DNA of 64,000 bases, taken from NCBI RefSeq assembly GCF_009914755.1, contig NC_060928.1; one strand, 5' to 3'. Below the pieces are notes generated by a model. That model had not been told where the DNA came from and ran no database searches. It saw nothing but the letters and a program-made list of their open reading frames with translations. Both the position numbers and the translations under genes were made by a program. Origin of the DNA: the human T2T-CHM13v2.0 reference genome, Homo sapiens. Positions within the stretch are counted from its first letter, which is position 1. Each line of letters starts with the position of its first letter. Shown here in pieces: positions 27,378-39,278 of this stretch.

Positions 27378-29639
27378 TTACCTCTATCGCATTTGATGCA
27401 TATTACATAATGCTTTTTGTTATTTAAATGTCTTGATGCATTGTTTTTGGCTAATTTTTAAAGTTTTAAACATTTGTGAAAAATTAGGAAAGTATAAAAA
27501 GCCTCTAGGCCATATTCCATAATATTAACTTAAGGTGATAATTGATAAAATGTTTACATGTAGCTGTTTTACAAGTATATGAGAACATATTTTGCAAATA
27601 ACAAACAGGTGTGTAAAATAAAGATATATTTACTCAAAGTATAGGCAGTATTACAATTTGTTTCCCATCCTATTTATTTTCGTCTTTGTGAAATTTACAA
27701 TCTAATTGCTATTAGAATTATAACCATAGCACAAGTATGGGAGCTATAAGAAGTATGGACTGTAAAATATTAAATGGGCCAAGTTTAATGTTAGCTACAG
27801 CATAAAGGCTTTAAGACGGATCGAACATGTTGTGAGTTTTAAACTGTAACCTGAACAGGGTGCAGTTTTGTAGACATAGAAATAGAAGTGGCTGGGGCAA
27901 TTAATTTGGTAAGGGAGGATTTCATTAGGCAAAAGTCAAAAGAAGGACTTGAAATGTCTTTTGTCATGAGGGCTGCCAAGTCTCTGAGTGAAGATGGTTG
28001 ACAAAACTGCCATCAATCCCCTTTCACTTTGGCACTGGCAAAGGGCAACATAGATAGGGTTTGGGAATTACATAGTTTGTTTTAGTTTCTTACATACCCA
28101 AGAGTACTGATAGCTGCTGCTTTGAACACAAAGTGATCAGTGTTTTTCAGTGACCTGAGTAAATGGGAAACTATCTTTGTCATTGTGTAATTGGCCTGTA
28201 TACTTTATCCAGAAATTGAAAATATACTAGCATCTAATAAAATTTAGACATGTGTATGTGAACTATTTTTTTCACAATACCAGAAAACACACAGTTGACT
28301 ATTAAAGTTTTTGTCTTGTTTTATTGTTGAATCATTAGGGCCAGCATACAGTAGGTGATCAATAAGTTTATGTTGAATAAATAAGTGGGTGCAAAACCAT
28401 ATTTAATACATTTTACTTACTATAAATCATTGAAAAAGGGAAATATCTGGATCTCAAAGTAAAAGTAATTTAAAGTAAGAACTCTTTTTTTTATATGCTG
28501 ATCATAGCACAATGCAATGTATGCTAAGCCTTCAGTGATACGGTGGAGAAAATGGGAAGAATTCCTAAACGCCTGAGGATGAGGAAAGAGGGGGAGAGAG
28601 AAAATAAGCAACCCATTTAAACTACTTCTTACAAAGTATCTTTCTAGAGTATAATCAAAGGCTTATACAAAACTCAGAATTGGGCACAACGGTGAGCCAA
28701 AGAAACTCAGTCTAGACTCAATACACAGTAACTGATGAATAAATGGCAGGAACTATACCGCGTTAAGGGAGAAAAAGAGAGTCATTCCAAAATGTATTTG
28801 CTACAACATCCAGCCAGTGATTGCTTGATACTCATAAAAGTCCAGCGCCTCAGAACAGTGAGGTGGGAAACAGTACTGATAATTAAAGAGAGCGACAAAC
28901 CCAGTAATTAACTAGGGCCATAAGCAATAAACCAGGTAGACTAGGCCTGTAGCAGAATTTACGCCAGGAATACTGGACTACAGGTCAGAATTAATAAAGG
29001 TGAATTAAGTAAATAGATCTCAACTGGGGGGCTGATGTTCCTAAAACATATTCTACATGAACTTATTAAGGATAGTTTACATTCTGCCACAGGGTTGCAG
29101 TTGCATTTCAAATTTTTCACTTATAGGACTAGAGAAAGCAGCTATGTATTTTTCTTCATTAAATGGAAAATAAACTGACCTCCAGCTGAATGGGGCCCTT
29201 GATAAGCTATAATGTTGGTATTTACAGTAGATGATAGACAGATAAATATACAGAGATAGAGTTATGCCTATGGGTGAAATTCTACTCTATAAATAGAAGA
29301 GCTGCAATCACCATGATAGCTTCTCCAGCACTGGAAGTATCTGTACTAGTTAATTAACTGGTTTTCATTATTTTTATCCCCAACTGTTATATGATAAATT
29401 GTTAAAAATCAAAATCTTAATTATATGAATGTCTATCTATTTTTATATTTATATATTTTTGATACAGCAGTTAGCCCAAGTAGCTTGTTCATGCTATGGA
29501 AATAGTTTAGAAAATGTGCTATCAGTAAACTTTAGTTGCAGAAAACAAATGACTAGGGATAGTAGTCTTAAGGAGGTATGGAATGACAGTTCTTCAGAAA
29601 GTCAGACTAGGCTATATGACTTGAATAAAGATTTCTAGA

Positions 29640-30060
29640 CATGACATTTCAAGAGCAGAAGCCTGGCTGGAAAAAAATCACAGTAAATGAGCAAAAAAGA
29701 AAAAAAGATTTGAACATTTTAGAGACATTATATGGAAAAGGTTAGATACAATCAAGAAAATCATAAGGCAATATTATGAGTATGATTAACTTCAGGCTTA
29801 TAAAAACACACAATACAAAATGACAGCTTCAGTTAACTTGCTCCTACATTTTTTAAATTGGGGTACATATTTGGCTTTAAATAAACTAAAAGCAGTTGCA
29901 GGAGAAAATTTAATAATATTGGGGTAGAGAAGGGAAGACTTTACTAATCAAACCAAAGTTAGAATTAATGAAGGAAACCTGACAGATTTGACAACATAAA
30001 AGTGAAAATTCTTTCTCTGAAAATTCTTGTAAAATAAAGGTATTAGAGATATATGAGACG
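29640..30060 (+). mobile_element. Old L1M fragment
   Basis: A-rich, with an L1ME-like GGAAACCTGACAGATTTGACAACATAAAAGTGAAAATTC motif. Confidence 0.45.
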
Positions 30061-32518
30061 AGGAAAAAAAAACTAAATAAAGGCAAAATTGAAGGAGTAG
30101 GTAAGGGCTGCTTTTATTGAGCAAGATGTGTAATGTAAACCAGAATTCAGGATGTGTGAAGCCTAACCAGGATTGAGTCTAAGAACCCAGGGCAGTGGGC
30201 TAGCCAAGTAGATAGAGGAAGATTAGTTCTCTATCACACAGAACAGTTCTATAAGAAGACACAAACAGGAAGACAACACAAGCATCTAGTGAGATGCCCA
30301 TCTGTAACACCAGTGGGCCAAGACTTTGAGACAGAAATAAAATGTTGAGCAATTACACTGGTTGGTAAGTAGATAGGCAGTTATTTTATCAGCTGTTCTT
30401 AGCATAGAGGGCTCTGATAGCCTTTGTCTTCCCCAGCGCCATCCTAGGTATGAGAAGAAAAAGCCCAAAGATGTATGGTTAGCTACTCTGTACAGCCAGA
30501 CAATTACACACAGGTGCACACACATACTGAGCATAGGCAGGCATCCTAGGAAATGACCAGGTCTCTAAGAGAATTGTGACATTAGTGAGGAAAGGTAACT
30601 TCTCATAGGGTAGACTCTTCTAGGCTTAATATGGAGATTTGGGGTTGTATTTCAATATTATATTAGCTCTGAAAAGTTGCTAATAAGTACCTCGTGATGA
30701 AGACTGGGGTAGCTGGTGAGGGTGGGGACGTTTCATTTGGCAGAAGCATTAGAGAAACACTGAGACAAGAAGAGGTAAAAATGTCTCTTTACTGCTCAAG
30801 TTGATGGAGCCCTTCATATCTTCAGGTACACCATCAGTCTCTAAGAGTAAAATACCCTAGAGAGTGTACAGTAAACTTAATTGGACACAGATTACTTTTT
30901 ATTTTTTTCATAGAACATATTAAAAAACTGTCATATGCAGCATATTTTATAAAACGCTGGGTTAGGAATTAACTAAACTCATCATAGTTTGGAAAGCATG
31001 ACTTCAAGTAAGACGAATGTCAAAATATGGAAACACAGGAATATAAAAATAAGCAAAAATCTTAGCAAAGTAGTTTGGTTCAGAATCAGTCAGTTTACAT
31101 CCACTCAATCATTCATTAAATTCTTTACTCTGTAGTCCAACAATATTCTGGGCATTATAATGATGAAAATAGTTAGACATTGCCTATCCTCTCAAAATTT
31201 TTAATTAATAATAAAATTAAGAACAGGTATGTTTGTTAGTTTTCTATTAACAATTTATCTTTAATTTTCAAGGCAGGACTTATTATTTTATATTCAAAGA
31301 GCATGTCCTTACATTACATATCTAAGACTCTATATCTAGTACATGATACTGGCATTGGTAAAATGATCATTAATATAAGGCAATAGATATCTAAGTTCTA
31401 ACCTGTGTGATATTCAAATGAAAAGCAATGGAAGCAAGTCAGTAATGAAAATAGAACAAACTATTATTCCCTGAGTTTCTAATGTGATCCATTTATTTTA
31501 GGCACACATTAATTCATTTTAACTCAAACCTTTATCACACACTGAAAGTGTACACTACCAGCTGTATTTTGCATAGCAGAAAAGGAAGGTAGAAATCCTT
31601 AATAGCAAGGATTTGCTGACATATGCACTAGTTTTCAAATGTCTTGCTCTTTCCATTGTGCCATTGCTCCATGGATATGAGAAAATCAGGAAGGCAGCAT
31701 GATTTTGAACAGCAAAAATTAAGAGGAAAGAGCCTGAATCTCAGAATGCAGAAAGTACAATTGGTCTAAGATATAGTAATCTGATGTCTGTAGCAACGTC
31801 TGACTCTGAATCTGTTCATTATTCAGTCAAGGCTGGTTCAGGAAAGAGCCCAGTGTTTTCAAGCCGTTGCTACTTCCCTATTCCTCCTCCTTCGCTTTCA
31901 ACTCTCTGGCAATGCTGTGCTAAGAAATCATTGAACATTTGTCCGTGAGCGTGTGCACAATTAATGGGTATATCATTCATAGAAACAATGGAAATAATGC
32001 ATATTTTATATTTCAACTCTGGCACAAAATTCATATTAAATAGCTGTGTATTACACACGGTGGACTAAATTTTGTAACATCAAAAAGAAAGTAATTGGAG
32101 TACAACAATAAAAGTTTATTTGTACGTATAAAGAGCTCAACACAGACCTTTCTGGTTGGGTGGCTCTCCTTCAAGCAGTGACTTAAAGGCTTAGTTTTGT
32201 TTCACCCATTGGCTCTGCCATTCTCCTTTATCTTGTAGTCCTCCGGGGAATCTTCTGTGTATGGCCGGTATACCACCTTAGCTATAAGGTGGTCACATAA
32301 TTGTATTACTTACAAGGGGGGTTGGGAAATGTAGATTAGCTTTGTGCCTAAAAACAAAAGTAAAATGATTTGGTGAGCAGTTAGCCAAATTTTGCCACAT
32401 TTCACTTTTCTTGACATAGAATATCTACTTCTCTCTTCTTGCGCACGTATAATAGACACCCTTTGTTTGGGATATATACTAATCAGTGATGATCAAGAAA
32501 TAAAAACCTCTCCAGAAT

Positions 32519-32611
32519 TTATAAAAGGAAGGGGTTTGATACAAGGATTTATATGCTAAAAAAAACTTATAAAAGGAAGGGGTTTGATACAAGGAATTAT
32601 ATGCTTAAAAA
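32519..32611. repeat. 48-bp tandem duplication
   Basis: TTATAAAAGGAAGGGGTTTGATACAAGGA(T/A)TTATATGCT starts at 32519 and 32567. Confidence 0.93.
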
Positions 32612-33246
32612 CAAGGAAAAATCTACAAAAGCAAATATCCTGGAAAACTGCTCTGCACTGTGGTAAAATCAGAATTCTTCTGCGTTTTGGAGAGACTTTT
32701 TCATGATTGCAATTGCCTGTAACATCAGTGATTTGTGTGTGCTGACTCAAAAGCTGCTCAAAACTCATGTCCGCTCTCTCCTTACACATCTCCCTTTCTC
32801 ATGAAAGTGTCTCATTATTTGTGGAATCTAACCCAGTTCTCCCTGGCAAGGGAGGCTGGGACATATAATTTCCCAGTGTTTTGCCTGTATAGCATAGGAA
32901 CAAAGTGAACAAGTGATGGAAACTTACAAGCCATCAAGAGATAGTGGTTGGCAACGGAACAAAAAAGTCTTCATCAACTTTTGCAACCATTTAACCATTT
33001 CAAAGTCTAATGTCTTGTAGGGATTAGTCACATATTGCTTCTTAGGGTTTGGCATTATGCGGACTAAAAAGGCAAATTATCTTTATCCATACTCTCATTC
33101 ATGCAGACAACATGTAATGATTTCGAACTCCAGTTTGACAAGGGAAAGAATGGGAAATATACAGGTGTATATTCATCCATAGCAATTCTGAAATCCTGCT
33201 GGGCATGGAATGTGAAAACCTTATATTTGATTAAAAACTGACATAG

Positions 33247-33437
33247 TATTAAAATATATAATACATTATTATTAACTACAGTCACTCAACTATGCAGTAG
33301 AATGTCAGATCTATTCTTACCACAAAGAAGTGCTTAAGGTGATGAATATGCTAATCATCCTGATTTGATCACACAAAATGCATACTTATATCAAAACATC
33401 ACATTGTACCCCACAATTTTTATTCGTCAATATAAAT
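33247..33437 (+). mobile_element. Short L1MA 3' end with 5' inversion
   Basis: 33317-33437 is forward (GGTGATGAATATGCTAATCATCCTGATTTGATC...CATTGTACCCCA). 33247-33316 is the reversed upstream piece (TTATTATTAACTACAGTCAC). Confidence 0.65.
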
Positions 33438-33982
33438 TATCACTTCAAGACCAGAAACTGATGTTGCTCTGTGCTAGGAACTCCTCTGTTCATTGTTCTC
33501 CATGACCTGTGACTTCGCCCTTGGGTACCATTCTATTTGGCTCCTTCAGAAGCAAACCCTGTGAAATAACTTTCCAAAGGCATTGCATTGTGTTGGCACA
33601 GCATCTCCTTCTGGAACAAATTCACTGCCCCCAAGATTGCTTTTCAGATAAACAAAGGCTTTTTTAATAATGGCCTTGTGCTTTTGGGGCAGGACACTTA
33701 ACTCAAAATCTTAGTATATACTGAAATTAGCTGTTTTGAAACAGTCTTATGTCATAGTCATCATACCTGAAGATTTTACTTTTTTCCCTTAGAATGCATT
33801 TTCAAGATCGATTGATTGCTTTGCTTATTAGCACTCATCTCACTACATTTTTTTGTGCTTAAAGGATATACCTTGAGGTTATGTGATATATCTAGGTGTT
33901 ATCTGGAGGTTATCTAAGATAGTCTTGAGTGGAAAAACCACATCCTTAATCTGATCTTTGATCCAAAGCTGAATCTTAACAG

Positions 33983-34042
33983 CATTTTGTGACACAAAAT
34001 CATTTTGTAACTCAAAATCATTTTGTAATTCAAAATCATTTT
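33983..34042. repeat. 18-bp minisatellite, 3.3 copies
   Basis: CATTTTGT-N4-CAAAAT units start at 33983, 34001 and 34019. Confidence 0.93.
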
Positions 34043-34682
34043 CAGTCTTATGTTTTACTGCTTGGAGTCCATAAACAATATTTTTTTCCAATCTCTCAAG
34101 GCCCTATATTTCTGGTCATTTTCTACTCACTTTCATTTATGTTTTCCAACTGGCCAGTTCTTGTTTCAAATCATATGTAATTTTACTGTGTAACACACAC
34201 ATCATACCAACCAACACACATTCCAGCATTCTGGTTTCTATCCTCTGCCCTTAGCACTTCAGTGGACACATGGTCTGACATCTAAGTCAGATGAGTTTCA
34301 TCACATGGTTTAGTATATGTTTCTGTTTCTTTGTGGGTCACATTAGTATTCTGCTTCTGTACTAGTCAAAATATGTTAAGTAATACAGCAAAAACTCCTG
34401 TATTGTCAGTGAATTAACAAAATACTATCTTACTTCTGGGAAACTCTCTAAGATGGCTGTTTTGTAGGAATCACTCTAGGAGTTTGAATATGATGAGACC
34501 TTATTGTTTGAAAATCATGGAACTTCCCCGTTGGGGTTAAAGTCCACGCTTGGTTCTTCTATAGAACATAGGAGGGATAAGAACAGATCATTGTGCCAGA
34601 GATCCACACTTGTCATCTGTGGCAGAACACAGTTACCTGACCTCTGTTAAAGAAAATGGGATATGTAGTCTACCCACGTTCA

Positions 34683-34688
<6 letters not shown>

Positions 34689-34724
<36 letters not shown>
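34689..34724. repeat. (AC)18 microsatellite
   Basis: Read directly. Confidence 0.97.
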
Positions 34725-34726
<2 letters not shown>

Positions 34727-35585
34727 AACAAAAACAAACAAGCAAACAAAACTTAGCCCATTTCTGCAACAAGTTGTTTCCAAAGGCTTAGAGTGAAATG
34801 TTTATTATACATAAAAAATAGCTCTAGATAATGAGGCCACATTTTAAAAGAAACATGTTAATGAATATTATTCATAAAAATCACTACCATGGGAAGATAT
34901 ACATTCATTTTAATATTACATCAATTACTCAAACAATTTAAGATTTCCTTTTCGTTTTTACCTTTTGGGTAGCTTGTAATACCACACGAAGTAATTACTA
35001 TTACTATATGATAATAACTCAAAACAGCCAAAATTTCCCTGTTATACAGAAACAGAAATATTACCTAACTTAATGGAAAATAGTGAGGTTAATTAAAAAC
35101 TATTTTTCATTAACAGTTCTTCATGTGCTTCTACTGCTTTCATGTTCAGTAAAAGACTTCATGTGTTGAAAATAACTTTGTAAAAGAAAGTTTGGAAATA
35201 AATTTTATAAAAAGTTAGCCGAGTTTTGTCATTAAATCAGTCTATTATTTGAAGAAAAGAAAGGGCTTTGAAATAACAGGTTCTTCTCCTACCTTATTGG
35301 GGGACCTGAATCAGATTGATTTTTATTTTTTGGTAAAATGACCAAAGATAACAGATAATTCCAAACTTAGTAGACAAGACTGAACACTGACCACACATTT
35401 TCTATATACCCTTACCCAAAACTTATCAAAGAAAAACTTAGTTTATATCCAAAGTTATCTGTAACATTATATAGAGTATGTAAAAATGACTAAACTCCGC
35501 AATTCAAAGAAAAGTACTAGACTTTTCGATAACTTGCCCTTGTTATTTCAGCTAGAAATAAAGCCAATCTATAGGGCCATCATTA

Positions 35586-35589
<4 letters not shown>

Positions 35590-35616
<27 letters not shown>
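35590..35616. repeat. A27 homopolymer
   Basis: Read directly. Confidence 0.95.
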
Positions 35617-35906
35617 CCAGATAGCACCAAAAGAAGAACAAAAACAAAGGAATTATGCCAAAACTATTCAGAGAAAAGGGATGATAACAATGGCAGATTT
35701 GCCAAACTAAGATATTGAATATAAGAATTTTAATCTAAATACTACAACATACTCTTTAATCTTGTAAATAGAATGCAAGAATTTGGAACCCTGGTTGAAT
35801 TATCTTAGTAAAGGAAATATATCTTTTGCCAACCATACTGTGATAAATTCTAGATCCACAAACATGACTAGGCCTTACTTTAAGTCAGACACTTTTCAGT
35901 CTTTTC

Positions 35907-36108
35907 AAGGACTTACCTGAGACTGGGTAACTTATAAAGGAAAGAGGTTTAATTGGCTCACAATTCAGCATCTCTGGGGAGGTCTCAGGAAACTTACAAT
36001 CATGGTGGAAGAAAAAGCAAACATGTCCTTCTACACATGGCAGCAGCAAGGAGAAGTGCCAAGCAAAAGGGGGAAAAGCCCCTTATAAAACCATGAGATC
36101 ACATGAGA
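35907..36108 (-). mobile_element. THE1C LTR internal fragment lacking both termini
   Basis: GAGACTGGGTAA...AAGAGGTTTAATTGGCTCAC...GGAGAAGTGCCAAGCAAAAGGGGGAAAAGCCCCTTATAAAACC. Confidence 0.9.
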
Positions 36109-36109
36109 T

Positions 36110-37310
36110 TTCAATCTTGAAAAGTGTTTACAGATGAATAATCAAGATTTTTACTTCTAAATGTCTACAGTCTAGTGTGAGGAAGCAGAAGAAAGTCAAT
36201 AATTATAATGAATATAATGTGTGTATCATGACATCATGACAGCATTGTGTTATAGGGAGACAGAGAAGAACAACATAGGAGTGACCTCTTGCATCTGGTG
36301 GATATAAGCACATATTCCAGGGCAAGAATGTTGTTGGAGCTACTTCTCAGTAAAATGTAAATGTTTTCAAAGAAAAGAAAGGAGATTTTCCAGGTAATTC
36401 AATAACGTGAAAAAGACAGAAGAACATTAAAGAGCTACATGTATTCAAAGGGGAATAAATGGGTCTTATTGATTCTATGGCACTGGAGGGAATTCAAGAG
36501 CTTGTTTGTTTAAAGTTTTGAATATAAAGTTGAGATGTTTTGACCTTATACTGAAAGCAATTTGGGGCCAGGAAAGGCTGATAAGACAGACAAGTAACAG
36601 AGCTATACTTATGAGAAACTACTCCTGCAGCAATGAGCAGATAGGAAAACGGTAAGAATGAAATCAGAAAGACCAGTTGTGAAGTTACTGCATTCTGGTA
36701 AGAGGATATGGAGGCCTGGAATTGGGTAGTGACAATATAGAAGAGAGAACGCTGTGAGCTATGTATAAAATTATGATTCAGTAGTGTTTACACATGAAAA
36801 TTAATAGAGTAAAGAAGTCAAAGATGTACATGTTCTTGTCCTGTTGCTTGAGCAACTGCATGAAGAGATGCACTATTAATATTTGCCAAGTTGAAAAAGT
36901 CACATTGAATGTAGAAGTATTAGGGAGAATTTTGTAATTTGGCTGGGAAAACTATGCTTGAATATGTGATTTTGAACATTGAGAAACAGTCTTGTTAAGA
37001 TAAAGCTGTGAGGCCACAGGCATATACATTTGGATGTTGACTAAATTCATTGACAGATTGGATTTCTCAGGAAGCAATTTGAGAGAAGGAACACAAGATA
37101 ACCAGATTATGCCATAAAAGAGCAAAATGAAGCAGAATGAGAAGAAATAGTAAATTAGGTGAAAGAAAAGAATTAGGTGATCGTATGGAAGTCAAGAGAA
37201 GAATGCCTTCCAGAAAGATTTTCAGGATTAAATTATTTTCAGAAATTAAATAAGAAAAGGTTTGAAAATGTCTATTGCAAGTGGAAATAAAGAGTTTATC
37301 AAAAATATTT
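36110..37310 (-). mobile_element. L2 fragment
   Basis: Long purine-rich degenerate tract with L2-like motifs such as ATCAGAAAGACCAGTTGTGAAGTTACTGCA and GGAAGTCAAGAGAAGAA. Confidence 0.45.
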
Positions 37311-37935
37311 CAATTCCATGACTATTTGTTTAATTGGCCCTCAAAAGTGCTGATTTAATAAAAGGAAAAGAAAGCAAGTTTGCATTTTTTACGCTTATAA
37401 AGGACAAAAAACTTATTCAGACAAAATAATTTCATGTAAATTTATCAAATGTACATCAATGAATACTTTCTCAATATGCCCTTTGCAACCTTTTAGATGA
37501 TTAGTAGATCCTGTGGATTCTACATATGACTAAGACAAAAAAAAAAGAAAGAGAGGATATCAAATGCATTTATTTACTATAAATTCCCTAGATATATATG
37601 GCACAGAAATTTATTTGCATGACTCTCCTGCTAAATATTCTCATCATTGGTTTCATTTAATAATTTTTAAATTAAAAAAAAATCTCTCTGCTAAGAGACT
37701 TGTTTATTTTTGCCTTGGGATAATCAAGGAAGTGCCAATCTATCAAGGTTTTTATTTATGTGCAAAAATGTAAAGCATTTCTAGTTACAATAATTCTAGA
37801 AATTAGAAAGTTATAAAGAGACTATGACCCCCAAATTAATTTGTATTTGAATTAATAATCTGTTTTTCCCCATAAAAATGTTATAAATGCTGTTTAGCTT
37901 CCTAAACTAATTCACAAAATACCTATAAATAATAC

Positions 37936-38783
37936 TGTATTAGTTTGTTTTCATGCTGCTCTAAGGACATACCCAAGAGTGGGTAAGTTATAAAGAAAAG
38001 AGGTTTAATTGGCTCACAGTTCAGCATCTCTGGGGAGGCCTCATGAAACTTACAATCATGGTGGAAGAAAATGCAAACGTGTCCTTCACAAGGCAGCAGC
38101 AAGGAGAAGTGCCGAGCAAAAGGGGGAAAAGCCCGTTATAAAACCATGAGATCATGTGAGAACTCACTCACTATCACAAAAACAGCATGAGGTCTGCTAT
38201 AAAGACACATGCACACGTATGTTTATTGTGGCACTATTCACAATAGCAAAGACTTGGAACCAACCCAAATGTCTAACAATGATAGACTGGATTAAGAAAA
38301 TGTGGCACATATACACCATGGAATACTATGCAGCCATAAAAAAGGATGAGTTCATGTCCTTTGTAGGGACATGGATGAAGCTGGAAACCATCATTCTCAG
38401 CAAACTATCGTAAGGACAAAAAACCAAACACCACATGTTCTCACTCATAGGTGGGAATTGAACAATGAGAACACGTGGACACAGGAAGGGGAACATCACA
38501 CACCGGGGCCTGTTGTGGGGTGGGGGGAGGGGGGAGGATAGCATTAGGAGATATGCTTAATGTAAATGACGAGTTAATGGGTGCAGCAAATGAACATGGC
38601 ACATGTACACATATGTAACAAGCCTGCACATTGTGCACATGTACCCTAGAACTTAAAGTATAATAATATAAAAAAAAATATATATATATATATATATAAA
38701 ACAGCATGAGGTTATCCAGCCCCTGGATTAAATTACCTCCCACCAAGAAGAGATTCAGGTGGGGACACAGCCAAACTATATTA
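37936..38783 (-). mobile_element. THE1C solo LTR split by L1PA
   Basis: TGTATTAGTTTGTTTTCATGCTGCT start, GGGGACACAGCCAAACTATATTA end, TSD AATAC/AACAC. Confidence 0.92.
38194..38697 (+). mobile_element. 5'-truncated L1PA (about PA4-5) 3' end
   Basis: ORF2 C-terminus (CYKDTCTRMFIVALFTIAKTWNQPKC...), G-rich 3' UTR, A/(TA)n tail. Perfect 15-bp TSD AAAACAGCATGAGGT at 38179-38193 and 38698-38712. Confidence 0.96.
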
Positions 38784-39278
38784 AACACCGAGTAAGTGTA
38801 AATCAATGTTAACATCTATTGATTCTTAACATGCTAAATACATTAAAATATGAGCTAATTTATTCTTAATAACTATTAGCACATATAATCACTATTATTC
38901 CTATTTTATTGATATATAACAAAGAAATAGAGACGTCAATTTTTCCAAGTTTACCAGTTTGCAAGTGGTTGAACTAAGACTAGAAAGTTTGGATCTTATT
39001 CCAAAGCATGTAATTCATGCCATTTAAAACCTCTAATATAAATAAATTCAAACATGTACAAAAGTATGAATGAAAGTATAACCTCTTGTATAGCCATCAC
39101 TCAGCTTCAGAACACTTCTAATTTCGTGACCATTGTTGTTCCATACATATCTTCACTAAACCTCTCCCTCCACCTCATCTGTATTATTTTGAAAGATCTC
39201 ACATATCATACAATTTCAACTTAAAATTTCACTGTGGCTCTATAAAACACATGGACTTTATTTAGCACTGTTGCAATA

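Noticed and set aside
33983-34042. Palindromic direct repeats reminiscent of CRISPR
   Set aside because: No spacers, 18-bp contiguous units, human DNA; it is a minisatellite.
38156-38413. 85-aa ORF with an L1 ORF2 C-terminus
   Set aside because: A chance fusion of THE1C sequence to a truncated L1, with a non-ATG start.
38505-38537. G-quadruplex-forming G-runs
   Set aside because: A standard feature of the L1PA 3' UTR.
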